Shown: positions 31,938 through 41,681 of the stretch, piece by piece
Position numbering within the stretch: position 1 is the stretch's first letter
Layout: each line of letters starts with the position of its first letter
From: an uncultured Gemmatimonadales bacterium
GTDB taxonomy: Bacteria; Gemmatimonadota; Gemmatimonadetes; Longimicrobiales; RSA9
DNA length: 64,000 nt
Direction: 5' to 3'
NCBI GenBank assembly: GCA_963816355.1
Contig: CAWFKH010000006.1
Coordinates: forward strand, 352,001-416,000
Made by a program: the position numbers and the translations under genes
The notes under the pieces: generated by a model
Told to the model about the DNA's origin: nothing
What the model saw: the letters and a program-made list of their open reading frames with translations, nothing else
Database searches by the model: none

Positions 31938-31992
31938 AATCCGTGCCGCCGTCCCGCCGTTCCCCGGGAACGCCCCGCCCGCTCGTCGGATT
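31938..31992. promoter_or_regulatory. Back-to-back divergent ECF promoters, both GGGAAC-N15-CGGATTCG
   Basis: Minus-strand copy 31963-31938, plus-strand copy 31967-31992. Conserved ends, unrelated spacers. Confidence 0.68.
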
Positions 31993-32047
31993 CGCTGGGA
32001 CACGAAAGACCGTGCGATCCGGATCGGAAATCGAGAGGCAGGTGACC

Positions 32048-32704
32048 GTGACTCCCCGAACCCCGCTCGTGCCGCTGCTGCTGCTCGCCTGCGCCGCTCC
32101 ACTCGCCGCGCAGGCGCCCGCCACGCCGGACGCGAGCCGACCCGCGGCGCAGGCGGCCGCAGCGCTCGACGACCTGCGGCTCCGTCCGGGCGATGGGCTG
32201 CGCATTGCCGTCCGCGACGAGCCTTCCCTCACCGGTGAGTTCCCCGTCACGCAGGCGGGCGACGCGCTGTTGCCGGAGATCGGCATCGTGCACGTCGCCG
32301 GGCGGCCGTTCGCCGACGTCGAGACCGAGATCCGCGCGAAGTACGCCCGCCTGCTGGTCGACCCGCAGGTCGTGATCGTGCCGCTGGCGCGCGTCGCCGT
32401 CCTCGGGGAAGTGCGGCGGCCGGGGCTCTTCCCGGTCGACCCGACGCAGACGATCGCCGATGTCCTCGCCTCCGCCGGCGGCCTCACGCCGACCGGCAAT
32501 CCGGGCAAGATCATGCTCCTGCGCGACGGCGACGAGCGGCGTATCCGGCTCGACCCCGACGAGCCCGCGCTGGGCCGCGCGCTGCACTCGGGCGATCAGA
32601 TCCTCGTCGCGCAGCGAAGCTGGATGCGCGAGAACATGCCGGTCCTCGTCGGGGCCGCGGCGTCCGTCCTCGCCGCGGCGGTCACCACACTGATCGTGCG
32701 CTGA
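32048..32704 (+). CDS. Polysaccharide export protein (Wza-like, Poly_export + SLBB)
   Basis: LRPGDGLRI, LPEIG, VLGEVRRPG, AGGLT. Confidence 0.88.
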   Translation: MTPRTPLVPLLLLACAAPLAAQAPATPDASRPAAQAAAALDDLRLRPGDGLRIAVRDEPSLTGEFPVTQAGDALLPEIGIVHVAGRPFADVETEIRAKYARLLVDPQVVIVPLARVAVLGEVRRPGLFPVDPTQTIADVLASAGGLTPTGNPGKIMLLRDGDERRIRLDPDEPALGRALHSGDQILVAQRSWMRENMPVLVGAAASVLAAAVTTLIVR

Positions 32705-32713
32705 GGGAGTCGC

Positions 32714-34777
32714 ATGACCGAACCGACCATCCAGCCGCACGGCACCGTGAGCGCCTGGCTGCGGCTCGCCCGGCGCCGCCGTCGCGTCGGCCTCACGATC
32801 TTCGCCATCGTCGCGGGCCTGGCAGGCGCGCTCGTCTTCCTCACGCGCCCGATCTGGCGCGCGGAGGCGTCGCTCCGCCTCGGCGCCCCCGCGAACCTGG
32901 GCGGACTGCCGCTCGGCGGCTCGAAGGAATCGCCGATCGGCCTCTTCAGCCTTTTCCAGCAGATCACCGGCGACCCGTTCGCCAACGAGCTCGAGCTACT
33001 GTCGAGCCGCACCGTGGTCGAGGGCGTGGTCGCGGACAACGCGCTCAATGTGGCCGTCCACGCGCCCCGCGGCTGGTACCGCGATTCGCTCTTCACCGCG
33101 CTCGACGCGGGCCGCGCCACCCGGAAGGCGACCTTCGAGATCGAGTGGCGAGGCGACGGCCGCGTTCACGTCCGCCGCACCGCGCCGACCGAGGCGGATG
33201 CGGGGAGCTTCGCGCCTGGCGCCGACGCGCGCTTCGGCGATGTGCACGCCGTCTTCCAGCCGTGGCGGGACGGGATGCCCCGCTCCATCGAGATGAGCAC
33301 CTATCCGTTCCCCGACGCCGTGCGGCGGATGCGCACCCGCGTACGCGCGGAACGCGAGCGTCGCGAGGCGAACCTCGTCGCGCTGCGCTTCGACGACGAC
33401 GATCCCGGCCTCGCGCTGCGCGTGATCGCCTCCGCCGTCCAGCGCTACACCGCGCTGCGCTCCGCGCTCGATCGGCGCGAGAGCGGCGAGACGGTCGATT
33501 CGCTCGACGTCCTCGCGAACCGGACGTTCGGCGAGCTGACGGCGGCGGAGAACGACCTCGAGCACTTCGAGCGCGAGAACCGGCTCGTCGCGCCGGACGC
33601 CCAGAGCGAGGCGTTCGTGAAGCGGCAGTCGGCCGTGGCGGCGGACCTGGCGACGGCGCGCTCCGAGCTGCACGGCGTCGAGGACGTCATCCAGCGCATC
33701 GACACGGTGTCCGACCCGGGCGCGGCGTGGCCCGGCCTCGTCGCGCATCCGACGTTCCTCGACAACGAGACGCTCGGCAACATGCTGTCCTCCCTGATCG
33801 CGCTGCAGCAGCAGCGCATCGAGCTGGCGTCGCGGCGCACGGAGAACAGCCGGCCGCTGCAGGCGCTGGACCGGCAGATCGCCTACCTGGACGGCTCGCT
33901 GCGCGCCCTCGTCCACCAGTACCGCGGCGCGGTGGCGCAGCAGGTCGCGCAGCTCGAAGCGCAGTGGAACGAGCTGGACTCCGTCCTCGCGGCGGCGCCC
34001 GCGGCCGAGATCGAGCTGGGCCGGCGCGAGCGGCACCTGCGCCAGCTCTCGGAGATCTACCTGTTCACCGATCAGCGACGCCGCCAGGAGGCGCTCCGCA
34101 ACGCCGTCTCCTTCGCCAGCGTACAGCTCGTGGACCCCGCCGCGATCCGCTTCAAGCCGGTGTGGCCCAGGAAGAAGCTCGGCCTCGGCATCGGCCTCAT
34201 CCTGGCGATGGGCAGCTCGCTGCTCGGCATGGTCGTCGTCGAGCGCGCCGACCGCTCCGTCCGCACCGCGTCCGATCTCGCGGCCCTCGTCGGAGCGCCG
34301 GTCGCCGCCACGCTCGCCGCCGCCGCCGCGGACCGCGTCGAGCTGAGCGCCGCCGAGCGCCGGGCGCTGCTGCGGCGGGCGTCGGTCGACGGCGGCGTCC
34401 GCACGCTCGTGCTCGCGCCGATCGGCGACGCCCAGCCTGCCGTCGAGGCGATCGCAGCCGCGCTCGTCGCGCCGCCGCCGCGGCCGGATCCGGGGAAGGC
34501 GGAGCGAGGCGACGGCGCATCGACGAGGGATCCGGCGCGCCTGCCCGTCCGCGTCCCGGTGGAGACGGCGCCCGCGCTCGCGCGCTACGCGGCGGCCGCC
34601 GAGGTCGCGACCGCGGCGGAGCAGGGAGGCGTCGTCCTGCTGGTGGCGCGGCAGGGGAAGACGCGGCGCGAAGAGGCGGTGCGCGCCGGCGCGCTGCTGC
34701 GGCAGGCGGGCGTCTGCGTCGACGGCGTCGTGCTCTGGTGCGACGACGCTCGCGGGCTGGAGGAGGCATGGGCGTAG
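32714..34777 (+). CDS. Polysaccharide co-polymerase (Wzc/GumC-like) with degenerate kinase domain
   Basis: Two TM helices, long coiled coil, VDPA..PVWP. No Walker A, no C-terminal Tyr cluster. Confidence 0.82.
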   Translation: MTEPTIQPHGTVSAWLRLARRRRRVGLTIFAIVAGLAGALVFLTRPIWRAEASLRLGAPANLGGLPLGGSKESPIGLFSLFQQITGDPFANELELLSSRTVVEGVVADNALNVAVHAPRGWYRDSLFTALDAGRATRKATFEIEWRGDGRVHVRRTAPTEADAGSFAPGADARFGDVHAVFQPWRDGMPRSIEMSTYPFPDAVRRMRTRVRAERERREANLVALRFDDDDPGLALRVIASAVQRYTALRSALDRRESGETVDSLDVLANRTFGELTAAENDLEHFERENRLVAPDAQSEAFVKRQSAVAADLATARSELHGVEDVIQRIDTVSDPGAAWPGLVAHPTFLDNETLGNMLSSLIALQQQRIELASRRTENSRPLQALDRQIAYLDGSLRALVHQYRGAVAQQVAQLEAQWNELDSVLAAAPAAEIELGRRERHLRQLSEIYLFTDQRRRQEALRNAVSFASVQLVDPAAIRFKPVWPRKKLGLGIGLILAMGSSLLGMVVVERADRSVRTASDLAALVGAPVAATLAAAAADRVELSAAERRALLRRASVDGGVRTLVLAPIGDAQPAVEAIAAALVAPPPRPDPGKAERGDGASTRDPARLPVRVPVETAPALARYAAAAEVATAAEQGGVVLLVARQGKTRREEAVRAGALLRQAGVCVDGVVLWCDDARGLEEAWA

Positions 34778-35424
34778 CCGCCCGCGCGCCGCGCGCCCGG
34801 CCGTCACCCGTGGCCGAGCCGCCAGCGCGCCTCCGCCGCGCCGTCGACATCGCCGCGGCGTCGCTGCTGCTCGCGCTGGCGGCGCCGCTCCTGCTGCTCG
34901 GCGCCGCGGTCGTGCTCGTCGCCTCCGGACGGCCCCTGCTGTTCGGTCACCTGCGGCTCGGCCAGAACGGCCGCGAGTTCCGCTGCTGGAAGCTGAGGAC
35001 GATGAAGAACGGCGCGGAGCGCTGGCTGATCGCGGATCCCGAGCTGCGCCGCCGCCACGCCGCCAACGGTTTCAAGCTGCCGCTGCGCGAGGATCCGAGG
35101 GTGAGCGCCGGCGGCCGCTGGCTGCGGCGCACCTACATCGACGAGCTGCCGCAGCTCTTCAACGTGCTCAACGGCACGATGTCGATCTTCGGCCCGCGGC
35201 CGATCGTGCCCGACGAGCTCTCCAACTACGGCGACGACGCCGCCGAGCTGCTCCGCCTCAAGCCCGGTCTGCTCGGGGAGTGGACCAGCCGCGGCCGCGA
35301 CAGGCCGCCGTATCCGGAGCGGACGCGCCTCGAGCTCGCCTACGTGCGCGACCGCACCGTCGCGCGTGACCTCCGCATCCTCGCCCGCTCCATCCCCGCG
35401 CTCCTCCGCGGGCAGGCGGAGTAG
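34768..35424 (+). CDS. Initiating polyprenyl-phosphate sugar phosphotransferase (Bac_transf)
   Basis: SD AGGAGG. KLRTM, DPRV, DELPQLFNVLNGTMSIFGPRP, KPGL. Confidence 0.92.
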   Translation: MGVAARAPRARPSPVAEPPARLRRAVDIAAASLLLALAAPLLLLGAAVVLVASGRPLLFGHLRLGQNGREFRCWKLRTMKNGAERWLIADPELRRRHAANGFKLPLREDPRVSAGGRWLRRTYIDELPQLFNVLNGTMSIFGPRPIVPDELSNYGDDAAELLRLKPGLLGEWTSRGRDRPPYPERTRLELAYVRDRTVARDLRILARSIPALLRGQAE

Positions 35425-35426
35425 CC

Positions 35427-36884
35427 GTGGATGCCCCCGCGCCGCGCGCGCCGCGCGTCAGCGCCAACGCGGCCGCGCTGCTGCTCGCCTACGTGCTGCC
35501 GCGCGCGTTCACCTTCGCCGCCGGCATCGCCGCCGCCCGCGTGCTCGGCCCCGCCGGCTACGGCGCCTACGGCACCGCCGCCGCGATCGCCGTCGTCGCG
35601 AGCATCCTCGCCACGCTGGGCATGCAGCCGCTGCTGGTGCGCGGCATCGCGCGCGACCCCGGCGCGGCGCCCGCGCTGATCGGCGCCGCGCACGCCGCCA
35701 AGCTGCTCACGATCCTGGCGATGGCCGCGGCGCTTCTGCTCACCGCGCCCGCGCTCGGTCTGGATGCGGGCGTCGCCGCGGCCGCGCTGCTGCTCGGCGG
35801 CGCGTACGGCATCGGCGCCGTCGTCGAGAACCTGTCGGCGTACTTCCAGGGCGTCGAGCGCATGCACGTGTGGACGCAGGCCAGCGCGCTCTACGGCCTG
35901 GTCGCGGGCGTGCTCGGCGTGATCCTCGTCGTCGCCACGCGGGACCTGCTCTGGTTCTGCGTCGCACCGATCGCGGGCCAGCTCACGGCGCTCGCCTGGC
36001 TGCTTCGCCGCGCCCCCGCCGCGGTACGCCGGCCGCCCCGGCCGCGCGCCGCCGACGTCGCCGCCCTCTTCCGCTCGCTCGCGCCCTTCGCGGCCGCGTT
36101 CGTCGCCACGACCATCTACTACCGGGCCGACATCCTCATCCTCGCCCACTGGCGGTCCGCTTCGGAGGTCGGCCTCTACACCGCCGCCCGCCGCTTCCTC
36201 GACATCGCACAGGCGGTCGCGCTCGCCGGCGCCGGCGCCCTCTACCCGCGGCTCGCACGGCAGGGGCCAGGGCCGGCGCGCGCCACGCGTAACGCGCTCG
36301 AGCTCGCGCTGCTCGCCGGCGTCCCCGCGGCCGCGCTGCTGACGCTGCTGCGCGCTCCGATCATCCACACCCTCTACGGTGCCGGCTACGGCGCCTCGGT
36401 GCCGGTCCTCGCCGTGCTCGCGCCGGCGCTCGCGCCGCTCGCCATCAACATGTTCGGCCTTTCCGCTCTCACCGCGGCGGGCGACGCCGGCGCCGCCGCC
36501 CGCCTCTGCATCGGCGCGGCCGCGCTCAACGTGCTGCTGAACCTCGCACTCGTCCCGGGGCTCGGCGCCGCGGGCGCGGCCGCCGCTTCGCTCGGTTCCG
36601 AGACCGCCCTCGCCGCCGCGTTCCTCCTCACGCTCGCGGCGCGCGGCGCCGCGCCGTCGGGCGCGGCGGTCCGGGCGACCGTCCGAGCCGGCGCGCTCGC
36701 CTTTGTCTTCGCCGCGGCAGCGCCGTGGCTGCGGCTCGCCGCGGCACCGGCCTACGCGCTCACCGTGGTCGCCGTGTACTGGCAGGCGGGACTGCTGTGG
36801 CGCGAGCGGAAGAGCGCCGCGCCGAGCGCCGCCGCCTCCGAGGGGGGAACCGCGTCCGACGCGGGAACGCCGGAGGCAGCGTGA
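35427..36884 (+). CDS. Wzx-type oligosaccharide flippase
   Basis: ARVLGPAGYG, ADILIL, EVGLYTAA, multiple TM helices. Confidence 0.88.
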   Translation: MDAPAPRAPRVSANAAALLLAYVLPRAFTFAAGIAAARVLGPAGYGAYGTAAAIAVVASILATLGMQPLLVRGIARDPGAAPALIGAAHAAKLLTILAMAAALLLTAPALGLDAGVAAAALLLGGAYGIGAVVENLSAYFQGVERMHVWTQASALYGLVAGVLGVILVVATRDLLWFCVAPIAGQLTALAWLLRRAPAAVRRPPRPRAADVAALFRSLAPFAAAFVATTIYYRADILILAHWRSASEVGLYTAARRFLDIAQAVALAGAGALYPRLARQGPGPARATRNALELALLAGVPAAALLTLLRAPIIHTLYGAGYGASVPVLAVLAPALAPLAINMFGLSALTAAGDAGAAARLCIGAAALNVLLNLALVPGLGAAGAAAASLGSETALAAAFLLTLAARGAAPSGAAVRATVRAGALAFVFAAAAPWLRLAAAPAYALTVVAVYWQAGLLWRERKSAAPSAAASEGGTASDAGTPEAA

Positions 36885-37993
36885 GGGTCGTCTACGTCTC
36901 GAAGGCGCTCACGGTCGCGGCGTATCGCGGCAAGGTGGAGGCGCTCGCCCGCGAGGTCGACGTCACCGCTGTCGTGCCAGAGCGCTGGGGTCGCGCGACG
37001 GTCGAGGGTGCGGGCGCCCGCCTCGAACGACTGCCGGCGTGGCTACACGGCCACAACCACTTCCACTTCTATCGCGGCGCCGGCGCGCTCCTCGACCGCC
37101 TCCGGCCGGACCTCGTCCACATCGACGAGGAGCCCTTCAGCGTGGTCACGCTGCAGATCGCGCGTCTGTGCCGCGCGCGCGCCATCCCCTGCCTCTTCTT
37201 CGCCTGGCAGAACCTGCCGAAGCGGCTGCCTCCGCCGTTCCGGGCGCTGCGCGAGCGCGTCTTCGCCCACGTCGTGGGCGGCATCGCCGGCACGCCCGCC
37301 GCCGCGCGCGTGCTGCGGCGCGGGGGCTTTCGCGGGCCGCTCGCCGTGATCCCGCAGTTCGGCGTGGATCCGGAGCGCTTCGCCCCGGACGCCGGAGCCC
37401 GCCTCCGGGTGCGGCGGCGCATGGGGCTGCCGGAGGATGCCTTCGTCGCCGGCTTCGCCGGCCGGCTGGTGGCCGAGAAAGGCGTGGAACACCTCGTCGC
37501 CGCGCTCGCGGCGGTGCCGGAGGCGTACCTGCTCGTGATCGGCGACGGTCCGCGTCGCGCGGCGCTGGAGCGCCTGGCGGACCGCCTCCTGCCCGGCGTG
37601 CGCGCGCGCTTCGCCGGCGGCGTCCCGTCGCTCGACATGGCGGCGTGGCTGAACGCGCTCGACGTGCTGGCTCTGCCCTCGCTCACGACGCCCGGCTGGT
37701 CCGAGCAGTTCGGGCGCGTCCTCGTCGAGGCGATGGCGTGCGGCGTTCCCCTCGTCGCGTCGCGCTCCGGCGAGATCCCGCACGTCGTCGGAGACGTGGG
37801 CGTGCTCGTCCCGGAAGCCGACGTCGCCGCGCTCGCCGCTGCGCTCGCCGGCCTCGCCGCCGCGCCGGCACGGCGCGCGGAGCTCGGCCGTCTCGGGCGG
37901 CGACGCGTCCTCGACCGCTTCACGCACCAGCGGATCGCCGATCGGACGGCGGCGTTCTACCGCTCGCTCTCGCTGCCCGCGGTGCCGGCGTGA
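36881..37993 (+). CDS. GT4 glycosyltransferase
   Basis: GRLVAEKG, EQFGRVLVEAMACG. Confidence 0.92.
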   Translation: MRVVYVSKALTVAAYRGKVEALAREVDVTAVVPERWGRATVEGAGARLERLPAWLHGHNHFHFYRGAGALLDRLRPDLVHIDEEPFSVVTLQIARLCRARAIPCLFFAWQNLPKRLPPPFRALRERVFAHVVGGIAGTPAAARVLRRGGFRGPLAVIPQFGVDPERFAPDAGARLRVRRRMGLPEDAFVAGFAGRLVAEKGVEHLVAALAAVPEAYLLVIGDGPRRAALERLADRLLPGVRARFAGGVPSLDMAAWLNALDVLALPSLTTPGWSEQFGRVLVEAMACGVPLVASRSGEIPHVVGDVGVLVPEADVAALAAALAGLAAAPARRAELGRLGRRRVLDRFTHQRIADRTAAFYRSLSLPAVPA

Positions 37994-39366
37994 TGGCGCG
38001 GGTCCGCGCGGCGGTCCACTCCGACGCCCTCGTCGCCGGCTTCGCCGCCGCGCTCCTCGGGGCGGGCGCCGTTTTGGGCCTCGCCGGCGCCGCGCGCGGA
38101 GACCTGCTCTTCGGCGCCGCGGGCGGCATCGCCGTCGAGGCGGCGGTCGTCGCCCTCATCGCGGCCGGCTTCATCGACGGCGCGCTCGCCGTCGCGATCG
38201 CCGCGCCGCTCCCGGCCGTCTACGACGCCGGCGGCGTGCGCATCGCGGCGGTGGCTCCGATCGCCGCGGGCGCGGTGTTCGGCTGGGTGCTCCGCCACGG
38301 CGCCGACCGCCGCCCCGCGCACCACGGCGCCCTGCCGGTGCGCGCGCTCGCCGCGATCCTCGCCGCGTTCCTCCTCGCCACCGTGGCCGGAGCGAGTATC
38401 GGCGACTCGCTGCGGGAGACGCTCAACTTCGCCGTCGTCGCCGCCTTCCTCGTCGTCGCGACCGACGAGCTCTCGCGCCGCCGCCGCGCGGTCCCGGTCG
38501 TGGCGAGCGTCGTCGTCGCCGCGGGCGCAGCGTGCGGGGTGCTCGCGGTGCTCGAGATGGTCGGGGTGATCCCGGGCCAGTTCCCGCGCTGGGGGACGCC
38601 GTTCCACCGCGCGGCGCTCGGCTTCGGCCAGCCGAACGGCCTCGGCCTCTTCTTCGCGGCGGTCCTCCCGCTCGCGGCGCACCGCGTCTCCGCCACCCGC
38701 GGCCCCGCCCGCGCCGTGGCCGCTCTCGCGCTCGCCGCCACCGGCCTCGGCCTCGTCGCCACCTTCTCGCGGGCCGCGTGGATCGCCGTCCTGCTCGGGC
38801 CGCTCGCGCTCGCGCTCGCCGGCGAGCGCCGCCTCGCCGTCCGCCTCCTCCTCGGCGGCATCGCCGCGGTGGTCCTCGTCGACGTCTTCTCCGGCGGCCT
38901 CGTCCGCGACACCGTGCAGCGAACGATCGGCGACTGGGTGATCGAGCAGCGCGCCGCGCTCTTCCTGACCGGCGTCAGCATGTTCGCCGCGCACCCGATC
39001 CTCGGCGTGGGACCGGGCGGCTTCGCCGACCAGATCGGCCGCTACGGCGCCCAGATCACGCAGCTCTGGGATTACCAGCCGACGCCGCACAACGCCTACG
39101 TCCAGATGGCGGCGGAGACCGGCATCGTCGGGCTCGTCGCCTTCGTCGTCTTCCTGGCGCTCGTGCTGCGCGCGCTGGTGCGCGGCGCACGCGACGCGGA
39201 GGCGGCGCCGGACGTGCGCCGCTTCCGCCTCGCCGCGCTGTGGTCGTTCGCCACGATCTGCATCGCGTCGGGCGGCACGTGGCCCTTCGCGCACGGCACC
39301 GGCGAGGTCGTGGCGCTGGTGCTGGCGTTGGGTCTCGCGCGCTCCCCGGAGACGGCGGCGCCGTGA
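37993..39366 (+). CDS. O-antigen ligase/Wzy polymerase family protein
   Basis: PN, TFSRAAW, HPILGVGPG, PHNAYVQ..ETGIVG. Confidence 0.88.
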   Translation: MARVRAAVHSDALVAGFAAALLGAGAVLGLAGAARGDLLFGAAGGIAVEAAVVALIAAGFIDGALAVAIAAPLPAVYDAGGVRIAAVAPIAAGAVFGWVLRHGADRRPAHHGALPVRALAAILAAFLLATVAGASIGDSLRETLNFAVVAAFLVVATDELSRRRRAVPVVASVVVAAGAACGVLAVLEMVGVIPGQFPRWGTPFHRAALGFGQPNGLGLFFAAVLPLAAHRVSATRGPARAVAALALAATGLGLVATFSRAAWIAVLLGPLALALAGERRLAVRLLLGGIAAVVLVDVFSGGLVRDTVQRTIGDWVIEQRAALFLTGVSMFAAHPILGVGPGGFADQIGRYGAQITQLWDYQPTPHNAYVQMAAETGIVGLVAFVVFLALVLRALVRGARDAEAAPDVRRFRLAALWSFATICIASGGTWPFAHGTGEVVALVLALGLARSPETAAP

Positions 39367-40496
39367 GGATCGGCATCAACGGCCGCTTCCTGGCGGCGCC
39401 GCTCACCGGCGTGCAGCGCTTCGCCGTCGAGGTCGCCTCGCGCATTACAGGCGACGACGTCGTCCTCCTCCTGCCCGGCGGCGTCGAGCTGCCCGCGGCC
39501 GTGCCCGCTCGCGCGCACGTCGTGCGCGGCCGCCTGCCGGGACACGCCTGGGAGCAGCTCGAGCTCCCCGCCGCGGCGCGCCGCGCCGGCTGCCGCGCCG
39601 TGCTCCACCTGGCCGGCACCGCGCCGCTTCGCTCCGACGGCGCCGTCCTCGCGATTCACGACGTCCTCCCGCTCACGCGGCCGGAATGGTTCGGGCGCCG
39701 CTTCCGCGCCTGGAGGCGCACCGTGCTGCGCGCCGCCGCGCCGCGCGCCGCGGCCGTGATCACCGTCACGGAATGGGCCCGCGAGGAGATCGTCCGCACG
39801 CTGGGCGTGGACCGCGACCGCGTCCACGTCGTGCCGCAGGGGATCGAGCCTTTCGACGCCCCCGCGTCGATCGCGGAGGTCACCGCGATGCGCCGCCGCC
39901 GCGGGCTGCCGGCTCCGTTCCTGCTCGCCGTCGGCGCCGGCGACCCGCGCAAGAACCTCGCGTTCCTTCACGGCGTGCTCGCGCGCTGGCCGTCCGATCC
40001 GCCGCCGCCGCTGGTGGTCGTCGGCGCCGCGCCGCGGCGCGTGCACGGCAGCGCTGACGGCCGGCCGGGCCGCGACGCCGGGGCCGGCGACACGGCTGCC
40101 GGATCCGGCGAGACCTCCCGCCGGGCCCGCGACGTGCGCTACATCGGGCGCGTCGACGACGACGAGCTGCGCGCGCTCTACACCGCCGCCTCCGCCCTCT
40201 GCTTCCCCTCGCGCGCCGAGGGGTTCGGACGGCCCCCGCTGGAGGCGCTCGGCTGCGGCACGCCCGCCCTCGCCGCCGACTATGGCGCCGCCCGCGAGGC
40301 GTTCGGCGACGCCGTGCCGCTGCTGCCGCTCGATCCGGACGCGTGGGTGCACGCCCTGCATCCGCTCGTGTGCGACGGCGCCGCCCGCGCCGACGCGGTC
40401 GAGCGCGCGCGGCACGGTGTGCGGATCGCGCGCTGGGAGGAGACGGCGGCGCGCGTGGAGGCGGTGTGCCGCGCCGCGGCCGAGGCGGCGGCGTGA
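39363..40496 (+). CDS. GT4 glycosyltransferase (mannosyltransferase-like)
   Basis: INGRFL..TGVQRF, PRKN, EGFGRPPLEA. Confidence 0.9.
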   Translation: MRIGINGRFLAAPLTGVQRFAVEVASRITGDDVVLLLPGGVELPAAVPARAHVVRGRLPGHAWEQLELPAAARRAGCRAVLHLAGTAPLRSDGAVLAIHDVLPLTRPEWFGRRFRAWRRTVLRAAAPRAAAVITVTEWAREEIVRTLGVDRDRVHVVPQGIEPFDAPASIAEVTAMRRRRGLPAPFLLAVGAGDPRKNLAFLHGVLARWPSDPPPPLVVVGAAPRRVHGSADGRPGRDAGAGDTAAGSGETSRRARDVRYIGRVDDDELRALYTAASALCFPSRAEGFGRPPLEALGCGTPALAADYGAAREAFGDAVPLLPLDPDAWVHALHPLVCDGAARADAVERARHGVRIARWEETAARVEAVCRAAAEAAA

Positions 40497-41677
40497 GCGG
40501 GGGCGCGCGGATTTCCGGCCGCGTCGCCATCGTGCACGACTGGCTGACCGCGATGCGGGGTGGCGAGCGCGTGCTCGAGGCGATGCTCGACGTGCTGCCG
40601 GACGCCGAGATCTTCACGCTCGTGCACGCATCCGGAAGCGTGTCCGCGCGCATCGAGGCGCGTCCGATCCACACCTCGTTCCTGCAGCGCGCGCCCGGCG
40701 CACCCGCGGCCCACCGCCGCTACCTGCCGCTGTTCCCGCTCGCGGTCGCGGCGTTCGACCTGAGCGGTTTCGACCTCGTCGTGTCGAGCAGCCACTGCGC
40801 GGCGAAGGCGGCGCCGGCGCGCGGCGCGCCGCACCTCTGCTACTGCCACACGCCCGTGCGCTACGCGTGGGATCAGTTCGACGCCTATTTCGCGCCGGAC
40901 GCGCGCGGCCGCATCGCGCGCGCGGCGGCCCGCCCCGGTGCCGCGCTCCTGCGCCGCTGGGACGCCGCGACGGCGGGCGGCGTGGACCGCTTCGTCGCGA
41001 ACTCCCACCACGTCCGCGGCCGCATCCAGCGCTGCTACGGCCGCCGCGCCGACGTGCTCTATCCGCCCGTCGATTGCGACCGCTTCGCGGCGCCCCGCGC
41101 GCCTGAGGACTTCCACCTTGTCCTCGGCGCGCTCGTCCCCTACAAGCGCGTCGACCTCGCCGTGCAGGCGTTCGCCCGCCTCGGCCGGCGCCTCGTCGTC
41201 GCCGGCGAGGGCCCCGAGCTGGACCGCCTGCGCCGCGACGCGCCTGCCAACATCGAGTTCCTCGGGCGCGTCGGGGACGACGACGTCGTCGATCTGCTCG
41301 CCCGCTGCCGCGCCCTCGTCTTTCCCGGCGTCGAGGACTTCGGGCTTACCGCCGTCGAGGCGCAGGCGGCGGGGGCGCCGGTCGTCGCGCGCGCCGCGGG
41401 CGGGGCGCTCGAGTCGGTGGCGGGGCCGATCGTCGACGCGAACGGGCGCGTGCTCTCCCGCGTCAGCGGCGAGCCGGCGACGGGCGTCTTCTTCCACGAT
41501 GCATCCGTCGACGCGCTGATCGCCGCCGTCCGGCTCGCGGACGCGACGCGTTTCGACGCCGCCGCGCTGCGCCGCCGCGCGCAGCGCTTCGACGTCGCCG
41601 CTTTCCACCGCGGCTTCCGCGCCCAGCTCGAGCGCCTGACGTCCGGCGTGGCGCGGACCGCCTCGCGGCCGGCCTGA
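40493..41677 (+). CDS. GT4 glycosyltransferase (WbaZ-like)
   Basis: VHDWL..GGERVL, YCHTPVRYAW, PYKRVD, EDFGLTAVEA. Confidence 0.9.
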   Translation: MSGGARISGRVAIVHDWLTAMRGGERVLEAMLDVLPDAEIFTLVHASGSVSARIEARPIHTSFLQRAPGAPAAHRRYLPLFPLAVAAFDLSGFDLVVSSSHCAAKAAPARGAPHLCYCHTPVRYAWDQFDAYFAPDARGRIARAAARPGAALLRRWDAATAGGVDRFVANSHHVRGRIQRCYGRRADVLYPPVDCDRFAAPRAPEDFHLVLGALVPYKRVDLAVQAFARLGRRLVVAGEGPELDRLRRDAPANIEFLGRVGDDDVVDLLARCRALVFPGVEDFGLTAVEAQAAGAPVVARAAGGALESVAGPIVDANGRVLSRVSGEPATGVFFHDASVDALIAAVRLADATRFDAAALRRRAQRFDVAAFHRGFRAQLERLTSGVARTASRPA

Positions 41678-41681
41678 TCCG

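Noticed and set aside
18480..32048. RiPP or lasso precursor for the rSAM, kinase and nucleotidyltransferase genes
   Set aside because: Intergenic gaps are tiny. No small ORF with leader/core features, no RRE and no cyclase was found.
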